Both the position numbers and the translations under genes were made by a program. Positions 38,150 to 52,765 of a stretch of DNA of 64,000 nt are shown piece after piece. The stretch comes from Daphnia carinata (lineage: Eukaryota): positions 12,958,001 to 13,022,000 of the forward strand of contig NC_081333.1 of assembly GCF_022539665.2 (NCBI RefSeq), given 5' to 3'. Position 1 is the stretch's first letter, and every line of letters begins with the position of its first letter. A model generated the notes under the pieces. The model made no database searches. It saw nothing but the letters and a program-made list of their open reading frames with translations, and had not been told where the DNA came from.

Positions 38150-39164
38150 CATCCATCACAATGTCGCCTTTAAATTAGTTCTTACAGTGAGGAATACAAA
38201 GTTACTGCAGTTGACATCTAAGGAAACAAAATGTAGAAATAATCAGTATTTATTTAGTTACCACAATTACCTATGACTGCCATTTTGAATGTCTCTTATT
38301 CATGTCCCATCTTTGTTTTGTACTTCAGCCACCAATGTTTTATTTTCCACTTGGTTTTCTGGATCAACTGCTTTCTCGTAGATAATTTTTCATAAGATGA
38401 TTGCCTGATTTCATTCATATATGAGTGTTGCTATTTTCAGGAAACTATATTTAACTATTTGATTAAAGGACTTTGGAAAATTTTCTGTCATTTTACCTAG
38501 CATTTCTCTTTTGCTTAATTTCTTCACTTGGGTTTTGTCTCAGGATATTTGTCAAATATAACCATGGTCAGGTAGGTTTCCATCCACAGATAACCGGTCA
38601 GCATTCCATGGTCAACAACCTAATAAAAACATAAGAAGTAGACGTTACTAATCAAACAATTGTCATTTGTAGATTAATAAAAATCAATTTTGATATTGGT
38701 TACTGTCTAGTGACCAGTTGGTACACCTGAAGAAGTTGATTTTATTTTGGTTCCAGAACCAACACAAAATCTAAATCTTCTGTTGAATAGTCTAATAAGT
38801 CTATGAAATTTTCATTGAAAATTAATTTACTATTCAAATAGATTGATAATATCCAAAGGATTGTTTTTAACCTTTAAGGAAATTGAAATTATAAGTATTT
38901 TCTAGTTGACAATAGATATTATTAACATTCTTGGAATTCATATTTTCCCATCTAAGCTACTTTTTGTTTTATAAATTTCATAGTTTGCATGCAATAAGAC
39001 ACCTGATATCCATGAACATTGAGTAAACTGTCCAGTGAAGATTTGTACTGCTTTCTTTCCTTTCAATTGTCACTGTCATCCAGAATATGATCTATCAAAT
39101 TCTTGGCATGACTGTTTCTGCTGGTATTATCCAATAGTTCTGGAGCAATAGTTTCTTCCTCCAT
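38150..39164 (-). pseudogene. Possible decayed multi-exon gene or transposon relic of unknown family
   Basis: Protein-like segments (MEEETIAPELLDNTSRNSHAKNLIDHILDD; NNPLDIINYLNSKLIFNENFIDLLDYSTEDLDF) broken by stops, with short GT-AG intron-like gaps. Confidence 0.25.
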
Positions 39165-41750
39165 TTAGTTTATTAGCGAACAGCTCACTATCCACCAGTG
39201 TTTATCTTGATTCCCGTTGGCAAAGGAATTAGAATGTATTAAACTTGCAACCGCCGTATCGTATGAGCCGCCTATTGTACAACGGGAAGCCGTGTGACCC
39301 ACTGTTAAAATAAATACATGTTTTTGGAACTTTCGCTAACCGATTAATGAAAAATATGATATGTCCTTGTATAGTTCCAATTCAAACGATAAAATTCGTA
39401 AAACTTACCATTGAAAAGTAGCGCGTGCGAAGATACACTAATACCATATACCAATGCTTCTACGGCTAAACAGCTGCGTTGCCAGATTTCGCCTTTTGCC
39501 CCACACACAAATTTTAAAAATTTGGATTTATTCCAGATCCACGTTGCCATATTTCGTCTTTTAATTTCTTTACCTACTTAGGAAACTGGCGCTAATTTTA
39601 GAATGCTCTAAGTGGAAGCGATGGGCGCTACGGATATTCATAAATTTTGCCGAATGGGTTAAATGGCGTTTCAAACATATCGCAGCCATACACAAATCAT
39701 TCCAACGAGATTAAATTTATCATTCGCGGAAAGGGAAAAAACTCGAACGAAAATTGAAAACTCTCGCGGGTCTATACCACGGAAATGACAAAAGGATAGG
39801 GGCTGAGTCCACCAGGACCTTCGATATAGTTCCATCGGTTATAATGGTCGCTGTGTACAATCGATAGTCTTAAGAGATTTTGTTGGTAAAAAGGAAACCA
39901 AAATAAAACGAAAGGAATGCGGTTTACAAGTCCCACGACGAGTGTTTTTCAAGTGGATTTCTGTGTGTATGTTTGTCATGGCCATGGAATGCATTCCATT
40001 CCATTATTGAGTCATCTTTTTCGACAAACTTGAAACGAAACGGAAACCATTTGTCTAATCGAATTTTACGCATATCGGCCATGTACTCGTCTGACAGCAT
40101 TGCTGACACTGGACTATTGTACCCTTTTAGTCTTCTTTAGTAATTTGACTCATCTTCTCCTTTTTAGCCTGTACGACAAGGCGGAATTCGTTTGGATGTT
40201 GGCGAAATTTTGTGGAGTAGAAATTCTTATTAAAATTCAAAATAAGCAAGGCAAATTTGGGTCACGTAACATATGAGACATGAGTCACGCTGACCGCTTG
40301 TCATCAAGTATACAGCGCAGCGCAATGGCGATCGTATACCATTCGTGAAAATAGAAGCCAACGCGCAAATTGTTTACATTAAAGCCAAAACCTTTTGCGA
40401 ATTCTTGCGTGTTATTCACACGTCCGAGAAGAAAAAACAAACTTGTTTGTTTTTACACAGCCCAGACATACGAGTTCTGTATCTTTATATAACACACATA
40501 AAACCGAAATAATTACATTAGCTTTAACGCTTCATCGCATTCTGTTTCTTTAATTTTCAAACCTCAAATAAATTCACCGCATTTCATTGAGATCATAAAA
40601 TACAACGAGCGGATGAAACGCACCGGTAGGACAGGATGAAACACTGATTGTCAACAGTTCTTTATTTACTTTTATTTTCTTGGTATCTTCTTTTTATTTT
40701 TGGACACTTGATACGTTTCTTGGTTTGCATGACCGGCACTCTTACGCATCATTTCATCCACCCAATGGAAAATGGAAACCCTCTTTTGAAAACGGATGTG
40801 GCAACCACAAAAAAGAAGAAGGTTGCTTAACGTCGTCATCATTTGAAAATTGAAAGTCAACTTTAATCGAATTAAAGTCTGAAAAAAAATGAAAAGGGTA
40901 CATAGGTAAAAGATCGTTTGCACTCGTGTCGGGTTGAAGTCCCACCACGTCTACACAGTAGGGAAAAAATAACTCTATTGACATAAGATGATATCGAGTA
41001 AGGATCAGCATTTGAATTAAAAAAACCCGTTCACATATCGCAAAGATTAGCCGATTCTGCAGCTCAAATAAACGTTCTATTGGCTGGGCTGTAAATCTTG
41101 TACCAAAGTGTAGCATTTGGTACGAGTACAATGTCTGACGGACACCCCACCCTGAAACACGAAAAGTAAACACTGCGAGACAGGACGGGCCAAAAAGACA
41201 TACTCCAGACGCCATTATTGAAAATAACGGCCCTCGTCGTCTTATTCTTTTTGGCTTTTAAATATGCTCCCAATGTTCCCTAACTTGGTTTAATCGCCCT
41301 TAACTTTAACTGAATTTTTCTTCTGAAGAAATGTCAAGACATTAGAGATAAGGCGTATGGCAACAGTTATAAACTTCAATATTTGGGGAGAAATTGAATT
41401 GTAGATAAATAGCCTTAATTTTTACGTCAGAAGTGAAATCAATAAATAAATGCATTATCTTCGTGTCCCCCAACCCTGTGCATTACACGGTACCACAGTA
41501 GACGAATGAGACAAGAAGAACAAACATCGAAAAGCAGCAGCTTCTTACTTATCAGTTATGAAAACGTCTTGTCCAAAATCAATAGAGTTCGATTTGAACG
41601 ATTTAAAAAAATGGGAGGAGTTATAGAGAGAAGTGGAGGATCTCAGGCTATAAGAGCTTTAGCCAGCCGCCCGTCAATGCTCGTCAAGTCTTTAGTCGAT
41701 TTCAGTGGTCCAACTTCTTCGCACGTCCTCTTCCAACTCTCCAGATCATC

Positions 41751-42675
41751 ATGTCTTTCATTGGCAAGTGGAAACTGACTACTCAGGAGAACTTTGATGA
41801 ATACATGAAGGCAATTGGTAATCATTTCTAAACCATATACTCTTATTACCATTTATTGTTGTGGGATTATTTGATTGTTGCTAGGGACAAAAGTCGACAC
41901 ATTTTTACAATTGTAATTAGCCCTATATCCTTATTTTATATGCTCTCGTAAAACAAGGACAAATTCATAGCTCAATTGGTCAAAGGATACCGTGCTACTT
42001 TAGTTTCATGACTTTCGATTAAATCCTTGCTCGTAAAGGGAAACAAAGTAAAGAAAAAAAATATCAAATAAATTAAACTAATACAAATTTTGCTGAATCA
42101 TCAACTGGCAATCAACGCTCAACGTACGTCGAGAATGTCCTAGATTGCTAAGATCACACAACTGTTATTCATCAATTAATTGTTTGTTCTTCTTATGGCA
42201 TTGCCTCGTATTAGGTGTCGGCATGGCCAACCGGTAAATATAAACATTTGACATGATAAACAACAACGTTCAACCTTTTGTTTTTCAATATCGAATAGCA
42301 TGTTGGCTAAGGCAGCCACCCCCCAGGTGGAGTACTCTGCCGATGGTGACAACTGGACCATCATCACCACCGGCCTTCGAGACACCACTGCCAAATTCAA
42401 GGTGGGAGTTGAACAAGACGATGAGACCGCCGATGGTCGCAAAGTGAAAACCGTCTACACTTTGGAGAGCCCCATCAAGATGGTGCAAAAGGAAAAGTGG
42501 GATGGCAAAGAGGCCACACTCGTCCGTGAAGTCCATGGTGACGAACTCAAAGTGGTGATATGATATAGACCTCATTTTTATTACTCATTTATGGGACTAA
42601 CGTTGCCTCTATGTGTAAATGCAGACCATCACTTTGGACGGAGTCGTCTGCACTCGCAACTACAAACGCGTTTAA
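41751..42675 (+). CDS. FABP copy c (most canonical); exons 41751-41817, 42215-42233, 42299-42554, 42625-42675
   Basis: [65 protein letters not shown]. Confidence 0.9.
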
Positions 42676-43928
42676 GTTTTTTTAGACGTGTCAACAGAGA
42701 CAAAAGAAATCGAATGTAAAATGCCTTGTGTGTATAAAGAAAACATTCAATACACTCACACCGCTGTAACTAAAACAAACAACGTGTCATTCTTTTCTGT
42801 GTGTTTAGAGATATAGATTGTTGACGTAAACTCTTATCGATCTTTTTCGTTTTGGAAAGCATCACTATCGGCTTGTTGTGCTAAACAAACTGACAAGTTT
42901 GGTCGTTTTCAATACACTCATCGAAATACACGTACGAGCAGATAAAGGTGGATTGATTCCATCAAAAAAATGGATGTACGTTTTCAGTTAGGCAGCAGAT
43001 CGAATGCGAAATTCGAGAACAGTAAAACTGTGATGAGCTGGCTGATACATCGTACGGTAATAAGAGATGGTAGACAAGAAACTGTTGTTACTGCTAGTCT
43101 TGTTGCTAGGTGCCTTTTGTTTACAATTACTCTGATAAAAGATGCCATACTGTGGCACTGCAAATTCTGTTTAAAGTCCTGCTCTCTCTAAAATGTCTAG
43201 ACGCTGGGGTTGTGAGACCAATCAAATGCGATGATGATAAAATGAATAGACGTTGTACACTTGGTCTACTACTGGACTCTTAAACGATAGACAAGTTTCA
43301 ACCTTCTTCGATAAGGAAGTGACCCATCAGTACAGATGTCGATTAGATCTCAATGATTATTGCCTTGATTGTCATTTGATGCCATTTGGACCACAGACAA
43401 ATTGTGTTGGTCCGTCGACATGTCTATCAATACAACATAAAGGTCCAAGTCCAATATACTGGGTCTAATTCTCTATGCTGTCTCTAAAACTTTAACGGAC
43501 ACACAATGAACAGAGCGAAAAAAACCTAACCAGGTCATTAGGCACAAATGCATATTGAAGATTTCAAAAGGATTAAAAAAAACCAGCGTTGCGTAACCCA
43601 ATAGTCATTTAAGCAAATAATCAACTTTCCCTTTAAAAACAAAAATTAAACCTCTGTCACCTAACGCAAACTTTGCTTCGTGCCCTTTTGTTACGATGAC
43701 GTGCTGTAACGCCATTCGTCAAAAGATATGGGAACATCCAATCGACAGCCAGAGAAAAAGAAAAAAAGAAAACAATCAGCAGGTGGTCTGTCACGTTGCT
43801 TTCGGCGATAAGCATAAATCAATTGATATTGATGGCTAGCGCTCAAGTATAAATAAAGGTGTGCAATTTTCTTGCCTTCACTCAGTTCTTTCACTCGTCA
43901 ATCTTGCGCTCCACCAAACTAATCTAAA

Positions 43929-44535
43929 ATGGTGTTCGAAACAATCGGCAAGTTCCAACTGGTCAACGGAGATGAAGACAACTTTGACAAAATCATGCAA
44001 GCCGTCGGTAAGTCATTCGTCTTAAAAATAAATAGTTTGATTTCGAGCTTACCAGTTTTGAATGATGGTCAGGTGTGCCTGAGGACAAACGCCAGCGAAG
44101 CCGCAATTTGAAGCCCATCATGGAATTCTCTCACGATGGCGATCAATACAAAGTGACTGGATCGGCCGAAGGCATTGCCGAACGCACCAAGGAATTCGTT
44201 TTGGGCGTTGAGAAAGATGATGTCACCATCGACGGACGCAAAGTCAAGGTATACCTTACAAAACATTTTGGTTGGGTAAACCGTGAAAATTGCTGAACGT
44301 TGTGATTTATACAGAGCACTCACAAGCGTGATGGTAAAGTGATGGTCCAAACTGAGATCCAGGAAAATGGCATGGTTGTCGTTTACCATCGTGAGGTCAA
44401 GGGAGACGAGTTGCATGTGGTACGTTATCTATACAGGCAAAATATGCAAATTATATATTATTGATTTATTGCAATCTTGTACAGAAAGTCACTTGCGGAG
44501 ACCTGGTCGCTAATCGCGTCTACAAGAAATTGTAA
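43929..44535 (+). CDS. FABP copy d, 4 exons
   Basis: GKFQLVNGDEDNFDKIMQAVG, FVLGVEKDDVTIDGRKVK, ANRVYKKL; TATAAA at 43848. Confidence 0.85.
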
Positions 44536-45457
44536 TGCAATTTGGACGACGAAAACTGTTGACTTAACAACAATTGTCGACAATGATTGTACATCTAATA
44601 GAACGTCAGTGGTTATTATTGCTAATAAATCATTGCGCTTTAAATAACGTCGTCTGTTCGTTCTTAAGTCATAGACGTGAAGCGTCATTTAGAGTCTGTT
44701 TACACAAGGGTTCACTATTTTGCTAGAGGCCTTGTTTGAATTTCAGCCAGTCATCTTGGTTAGAAATCAGTCAACACCATTTCAGTCGTATACCAAGACG
44801 TTCGACCTCATTACCAGTTGTCTGAGCCTTTTTTTTAGTAAAAATTACTTCACACAAAAGTTTGAGAATCACTTGAAGGATTTCAGGAAAAGCATAAAAC
44901 AATAAAGAGATTGCACACAAGCAGGTTAATATTTTTTATCACCTTAGGATTTTCCAAATGGTCAAGTCACTCCTTGTTACAAAGTACAATCTATTATCGC
45001 CAGGGTATAAATGAACAACATTAAATGTGTTCATTACGATATCGACGCAGACTGTATACGTAGAGATGATTTATTTGCGCTGGACTTTAACCATAGGATG
45101 ATCAAATTGTGGTTAATAAAAAACCGCATAAAACCTGTTTCCTAATTTCTGAAAGAGACTTTGATATTCCAAATGACAAAGAGGCGAGCTGTTTAATGAC
45201 GTATATGCATTGTTCCATGGCAGATCGTCTGCTGTTGATACATTGTACTTTTTATAGCCTTAAGTCTTCAAATGAGCTTGGATTAATGAAACAATCAGTT
45301 AATGAGCATTAGTATATACAACGATAGCTTGATCTAATGTAGCCTTCGAATTCATATAAATAAGGACGCATTTCCCTCGTTCAATCACCAGTAGTCTTTT
45401 GCCTTTTCGACTCACTTTACCTCTGTCCTCCTACCTCCTAATTTCAAAAACAAGAAA

Positions 45458-46060
45458 ATGGCATTTGAAACAACAGGCAAGTTCCAGCTGGTCATTGGAG
45501 ATGACGACAACTACGACAAAATTATGGAAGCCGTCGGTAAGAACCATTTCAATTTTAATGTAAGGGCTTTTATATAACCCTATATTTTGGATGGTAGGCG
45601 TTCCTTTGGAGAAACGCCAAAAGGTTCGCAATTTGAAGCCCATCGCCGAGTACTCTCACGACGGTGACCAATACAAAGTGACTGGATCGGCCGATGGCTT
45701 CCCTGAACGCAGCAAACTCTTTATTTTGGACGTCGAGCAGGAAGAGACTACTATAGATGGACGCAAAGTCAAGGTATCTAATCTACTACGCACTCTCCAA
45801 TAAGCTGAATGTGATTCTTATCTATGGACATTTAAACACGTAGAGCACTTATAAACGCAATGGAAAGCAAATGATCCAAACTGAAGTGCAGGAGAACGGT
45901 ACGGCCATCGTATACAACCGTGAAATCAAAGGAGACGAGATGCATGTGGTACGTACCTTATTGTTTAAAATGTGTGTAATGATGTAAGACCTCTTTCTTG
46001 AATATGCAGAAAATCACCTGCGGCAACCTGGAAGCCAATCGCGTTTTCAAACGGATGTAG
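45458..46060 (+). CDS. FABP copy e, 4 exons
   Basis: Close paralogue of copy d (NLKPIAEYSHDGDQYKVTGSADG, TIDGRKVK). Confidence 0.85.
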
Positions 46061-46712
46061 ATTCATGGACGGACGTTGCTGGACCATCCTAGAACGAGAA
46101 ATGCCCATTTAGTCATACACTTATAGAAGTCACTACAATTCTTAAATGACGTTATTATATGTTAAATGATTGGGCCTTTGGAACAAATACATTTGTCTGG
46201 CACATTGCAATACAATGTTTCGCTTATACTTTCATAATAATAATAATGTGGTAAAAATATAAATAGGTAATAATGTGGCCGGTTAGCATTGTAAAGTCTT
46301 TTGTTTGTATGTCGATTTATGTTCAGTGTTAAACCTGTTTTAGCTTATTGGAGAACAAGCGGCTTGCATCTTAATACAGTTGCTATACGCGTGTGTATGG
46401 TGGTTCTATACAACTGTAAATTAATAAAAATGCGAGTTAGGGAGGCCAATTAAGAAAGATTAGTTATTGGAGATAAGGACAACATCTAAAGGTATTTCGG
46501 CAACATTAGAAAGATTGCGCAATTCAAGGCTTATATTAACGATCGCTGTAAACATAAATTAAGATTGGGTTGAAATGAAACTGATATGAAGCATGTTTCT
46601 CCATTTTTTTATAGCACGTTGTAAAACGGCCGTTTTGCTATATATTCAAGTGACTGTGCAGCTCATTTGCGCATCTTATACTTTGTTGAATACCTGTTTC
46701 TTTCCCTACCAA

Positions 46713-47311
46713 ATGGCTGAATTATCTGGTAAATTCCAGCTGAGGGATGCTGACGAAGACAACTTTGATAAGATCATGGCAGAAGTCGGTAAGTTTCCCA
46801 ATCTTTTGATTTAAATTTAGACAGATTGATAGAACTGTGTCAATTACAGGTGTGCCCGAAGAAAAACGAGCCCGAGGACGAGCTCTTCGACCTACGATTC
46901 AATATTCACGAGACGGTGATGACTACACGATGACTTACATCACAGGTGATGGTAGGGAACTTTCGCATGTCTTTCAACTGGATGTCGAACGTGAAGAAAC
47001 AACCATGGACGGGCGAAAAGTCATGGTATATTCTCGAGTTATTCAAATTTCGATTAATTTAATAATCAAATGAATGCTGTCGGCTCATTCGTAGAGCACA
47101 TACAAACGCAATGGTAAGAACATCATCCAACACGAAAAGCAAGAAAACGGGAAGGTTATCGTCTACGATCGTGAAATCGTCGGTGATGAGCTTCACGTGG
47201 TAAGTCAATACTTTACATCAGATTTTAAAAAATGTTTATGATTTCGTTTGCTTTCATTAGAAAATTTCCTGTGGCGATCTTAAAGCACACAGGGTCTTCA
47301 AGAAGTTGTGA
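46713..47311 (+). CDS. FABP copy f, 4 exons
   Basis: SGKFQLRDADEDNFDKIMAEVG, FQLDVEREETTMDGRKV, AHRVFKKL. Confidence 0.85.
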
Positions 47312-48214
47312 ATGTCTGTCATGATAACAAACGTTACGCTAAGTTTAAAAAATTGTTTTAGCTGAACCCCCCACCTATTTTGAAGCTTAAAATACAAGGT
47401 TTTTAAACAACTACAAATGTCATAGCTTTTCTGCTTATTGACTGTGTGTAAAGGCCTGCGTGGCAAGTTCAGCATCAGATTATTTACATAAACATTCGAG
47501 AAGATGTCAGTTGGACGTTTTTCAAAACGGGATGACGGCACCAGTACATGTATGCTTCAACACCTTAATGAGCTCTCGTTTGCTATCTCGTCTTTGATAA
47601 TAGAATACTCGTTTTCTCGATAAGGAGTGCAGAGAACAAATACAGATAGCACGTAGGTAAATGTATACAGCTATGAAATCTTAAACGACGAACGTAATGG
47701 CTGCCTTGACAGTACGTTCGGAAAGATAAACAGGGGTACGACGTACAGTACGAGTAAAATCTGAACACATCGAATTTCAAGATCTCCATTTAACCTAACC
47801 TACGGTTAAAAATACAAGTCTCACTTCAAAATAGACCCGATTTCAGATTCAAACCAGAACTGATTCAGAGATGCTCAAATTGTACCCATAACCTGAAAAC
47901 CGAATTGCTTATGCCAAATCTTACCTGAAATTCGAAATCTTTGTCCAATTTCGGTCGAGGTGGTGAAGTTTGGTTGAATTCTGAGACATGTCACAATTTT
48001 CCAAAATTTGAACAAACTGATCGGCTACAAAGCTATTCGATTCGCACGAAGACGATGTGTCAAACAGCTGATCCTCAAACATGATCTACTGCAAAGGCTA
48101 CCGAAAGGCAACGTTGCTTTGTTGTTAGTAAATTAGAAGCAGACGAAGATTACAATCGAACTAGTCTAATTCCGTCTTGCTTGCGTGATTCAACTCGCAC
48201 AGAAAGTTGCAATA

Positions 48215-49480
48215 ATGCAGACTGCACTCCGTTCACTGGTAAATTTCATTTCAATGATAAAAACGTTTTTATGTTTCTATTGCATTTTGTTGTTCCATCA
48301 GGCTCTTGCCTCCACGCTCCGTACTGTGCTACCGAAAGCAAACCAAGCCCAGCGTTTTCTCCATACTGGTACATAAGCATAATTGTTTCGCCATGCCTTA
48401 TTTTCAAAGGCTGTTTCTTAGGGTTCATACTCTTGTTCCATTGTTTTCTTTATTTGTAATGTTATTTTATTTGGCACCATCCTGTTCATATCAAGTTACC
48501 ATAATGTATTCATAGACATTAGCTTATTGCCATTTTTCTATTAAATAAAATTTCAGATACAGATAACATAATATTTAAAATGTATTTCATTGTGCTTACC
48601 TTCCTTGGTAGGATCAAGACTCTTGGCAGCCCAAGTACAACAGCCTGCCCCAGATTTCAGGGCAACGGCTGTCGTCGATGCAGCCTTCAAGGAAATTGGT
48701 CTTTCAGACTACAAGGGAAAATACTTAGTACTCTTTTTCTACCCTCTTGACTTGTAAGTTTCTCTACATTAACCTGACTTTTTCATTGTTTTAAATGTCT
48801 TCTACTTCAAATTCTTTAGCACCTTTGTTTGCCCCACCGAAATCATCGCTTTCAGTGACAGAATTCACGATTTCAAAGCCCTCAATGCCGAAGTGGTTGG
48901 TGTATCTACAGACTCGCACTTTAGCCACCTTGCCTGGATTAATACTTCACGAAAGGTAGCTTTTTTTGTTTTCAAATGTGACCAGGAAACCATAGATTCG
49001 TTTTTACTTTACTAAATATGCTTTAGGAAGGTGGATTAGGTGGTTTGAATTATCCATTGTTGGCCGATTTCCACAAGACAATTTCTCGTGACTATGGCGT
49101 CTTGATTGAGAAAGCTGGCATTGCTCTAAGAGGACTCTTTATCATTGATCCTACGGTATCAGATTCCTGTAAAACAAAATTGAAATGTGAATAATTTTGA
49201 AATGAGAAAACTTGCTTGCAGGGTGTTGTGCGCCAAATAACCATCAACGACCTCCCAGTCGGTCGTTCCGTTGATGAAACTTTGAGGTTGATCAAAGCCT
49301 TCCAATTTTTCGAGAAACACGGCGAAGGTATTGCATAAGAAGTAGTGTGGAAAAAATAAGAAAGCTTATTGATTTTTCGTATTTACATCAATAGTTTGCC
49401 CAGCCAACTGGACTCCAGATTCCCCTACCATCAAACCCGACCCAGTCGGTTCAAAAGACTATTTTAACAAAGTCCATTGA
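48215..49480 (+). CDS. Prx3: Typical 2-Cys peroxiredoxin with mitochondrial-type leader (Prx3-like), 7 exons
   Basis: FFYPLDFTFVCPTE peroxidatic motif, GGLG, GEVCPANW resolving motif; basic amphipathic N-terminus [17 protein letters not shown]. Confidence 0.9.
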
Positions 49481-49581
49481 AATTTCAGAATTGTGTAATA
49501 AAAATCTGTAGGTTTTTAACAAGCATATATTGGGAAAATACATCAGTTGTAACAAGGAATATTCTTTCTTTCTGTCATGGT

Positions 49582-51696
49582 TTAATTTTCGTCCACCGAT
49601 ACTTTGATTTTGTGATAGCCAACGGCCAGAACTCCACGCATGTTCCAAAGATGTTCCATTCCTTCAGGTTGCGTGTTATAACTAGAATCGACCGCTCGGA
49701 CCCAGACTTCCGTTTCCTTCGTTTGAACAGGCAAGTTGGCCTGCCATCGGGTCCATGCCCATTGTTTACTTACCTTGACTGAATCAATTAGTTGGGCCAC
49801 ATGCCATGTTTTGCCCAAATCGACACTGACATCTACCCGCACAATTCCACGTCCACCACCGCTCCACGCATATCCTATCGTTAAACCAATGACGTATAAT
49901 ATGTATAATTCTGCTTATATTTCGTTATTTGCGTACCTCGTAGATTAAGTTTTCCATCTTTTAGTTTCACTTTTTCACCGTCGTGGGGATCGCACACGAC
50001 GCTAGTCACCGGCATCTCCTGAATGGCTGGGGCTGTGGAGAAATCCACTTTATCCCACTCCGTTGACGGATTAAAGCTTTTGTAATCAAACTGTTGCCAG
50101 TGAGATTCGCATTCATTTTTGGAGACTTCAATTCGAGCTATAAAAAAATATTTACACGAAGTAAGAAAATAGTAATAATAATAAATAAAAAAAATTGTTC
50201 AGAAACGTACTTAACCATTTGACCCAACGAGCGCCAGTAGTTCCAGGTATGATGACTCGCAATGGGAAACCATGATCGCGAGTAAGCTGTTCGCCGTTCA
50301 TTTCGTATGCCAGAATGACATCTCCCCGTGGATCCATGGCTTTAGTTAACGGAATAGAAATTGCGTACGGTGCGCTAGTCGGATCTGTATCCAACCCATC
50401 AAATCGCACATGCCTGTAGGCAACGGACGTGTTAGATGTGCTTTCTGGTGAGTACAATTCAATACTCACCAGTTTTCGTTCTCATCGCTATCTGTGACAC
50501 CGACAGCAAGCAACACATCTCTAAGGCGGGCGCCCTTCCAAACTGCGTTGCCTATTGCTCCTTGGCCCCATTCCAAACCTTTCGTGGGCTTGACGCGATT
50601 CATTTCCGATCGCCTGTTGCCTGTGCATTGCAGCACGGCGGTAACAGTGTGTGGAGCGTAGGCTGTTTTCAACTGGTCTAAATTCAAATTCAAGCTATCT
50701 TTTTCATCAAGGCCAACAACTTCTAGGGAGTAGCTTTCGCTTGAAGGATCGACATCTGGAACGGGAAAATGATGACGAACGTAGAAAATATCTCTATTGA
50801 AAAGAGAAATATGTTGATAAAAAGGGAGTTTGATGGGAAAATCATGACGAAACCTTACGTTGGTGTGATGAAGCTTTCCACGAGTAAAAAGCCAGGAGTT
50901 TCAGCATTGAAGGGTTTTTTTGTCCTTACTACTAGTGCCGGATGTCTTCGAGGATCATTTGCATATGGATCATCCATATTCGCCATAGCCAAGTGTTCTT
51001 CACCTTTGGTCAAATTACCAATTCTGTATTCTTCCATAAGAGCCAAAATTCCAGGTTGCTGATGGATTGCATAGAGAGACCAGAACGGCTCAACTGAGCC
51101 CCCAGCTCCGAGCAAAATCGTATCTCCTCCTGAAATATCTCAAATGAGCAGCGAAACCAAAGTAAAGCAAATGCAGAAATTTTACCAGGATGAATTTTGA
51201 TGAACGGAGTGATGTCATAGACACCACTTTTGTAACTGATCCATATGCCAGTGGATTCATCTCTATGTTTGGCAACATCATCTGAGGTGTAAACTGGTAG
51301 TCCATCCACAAAACTACCAGGTTCTCTTGCCACAGTATTTACCTCACTTTCTTTTTTTTCATGGGCCCATACTGTAGGAATGTTCTTCTTGTAATAATAG
51401 TATAGGCCTGCAAGAGTGATGGCGCCAAGCCCAGTGATTGTCAGTCGTCTCGCATTCCCATGGCCATCTTTTTCATGGAAATCGTGACTGTTCGAGCTTT
51501 GTGTACCCTGCGATAAGGTTCTTACCCTACAAATAAAAAATGTCAGATTTAGAATTAAATGGCAAATACTTAAATAATTTTTATCTAAGATGTCAACACA
51601 TTACCAACTAGAATTGGCAGGTGGTTTTCTAGTTAGACATTTAGAAAAAATTACACATCCCTTGTGAAATGGATTTATCAAGATTCGACTATACAT
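49582..51696 (-). CDS. SUOX: Sulfite oxidase, mitochondrial, multi-exon
   Basis: Cytochrome b5 domain ([15 protein letters not shown]), Moco domain ([26 protein letters not shown]), dimerisation domain (RVDVSVD, WAWTRW, WNMRGV). Confidence 0.93.
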
Positions 51697-52765
51697 TGTT
51701 AAACTAGTCAGTGATATTCGGCACGTAAGTGACTTCTAGCCACACGTTACCAAACAAACAAGGACCTAAGCAATCAAGCAACAAGCCTACAACCTACAAC
51801 CCAGAATCAAGAAAATAACACAACGTTGGCTCCCAGTTGGCTTGCTACCTGTAGTACGCAATAGTGCATGCTGTTTATCCTCATTCCAACCTGTGGAGTA
51901 AATGGCGGAAATATACGAATTGAAATTATGGTGAAAAGACTGGGAAGAAACGAATGAATGAATGAAAAAAACTTCTCTGCTTCTCGGTGGAAAACCTTTA
52001 AGTATACCTTGACAATGCACTCGATGTTCAAAGCCGAATTCTGGAGTGAAGGCGGAGCTTAAACGGTTAATGATCAGATGTTGAACCCGCACTCCGAAGG
52101 CTGCTTTGACGAAAATAAAACCGAACCCCGTGTGGTCATTTCAGAAATGGCTTCTTGCTTATAAATTTGAATAGATAAAACAAAGTAAGCACACTAGGAA
52201 AAATATAAAAAACATGTTGTGACCATTGCAACTAATCAGCAAAAATTACTTGTAGATTTTATCAAAAGCCACGATAATATCTCCTGCCCCCACAACCGAT
52301 CACATGGGGTACAAACTGGTTACGTCTTCTTTATTTCCTGTTTGTGTTTTTTTATTGTTTCGAAATCTGGACTTTCCTGCCAGTCAACACCAACCATTTG
52401 CAGAGCTGTCGGGAACCTATCAGCATATTCTCATTGACATTTCGTCAGTGAGTTGTTTTGGCTGTCAATTAGAAAAAAAACCACAAATCAATAAAGGCCT
52501 GTTATCTCTTAATCAAGTGTTTTTCCCCATTTCGTTCTTTGGGTAGAACCGGTTACTTTAGCAGACAAAAAGCCCAACGTCAAGATCAGATTGATTCATT
52601 TGGATGCCATCAAACACTTCCGTTTTACTCGGTGGCATAAGGTTTAAAACCTACTTCTCCAGTTAGTTTTTTAAGTTACAAAAGTAAGCTAAGTAAGAAG
52701 TGACTATCAGTCTTATTTTATTTTCGTGTAATTCCATCGGTCAGGAACAGGAATTATTCGACAAC

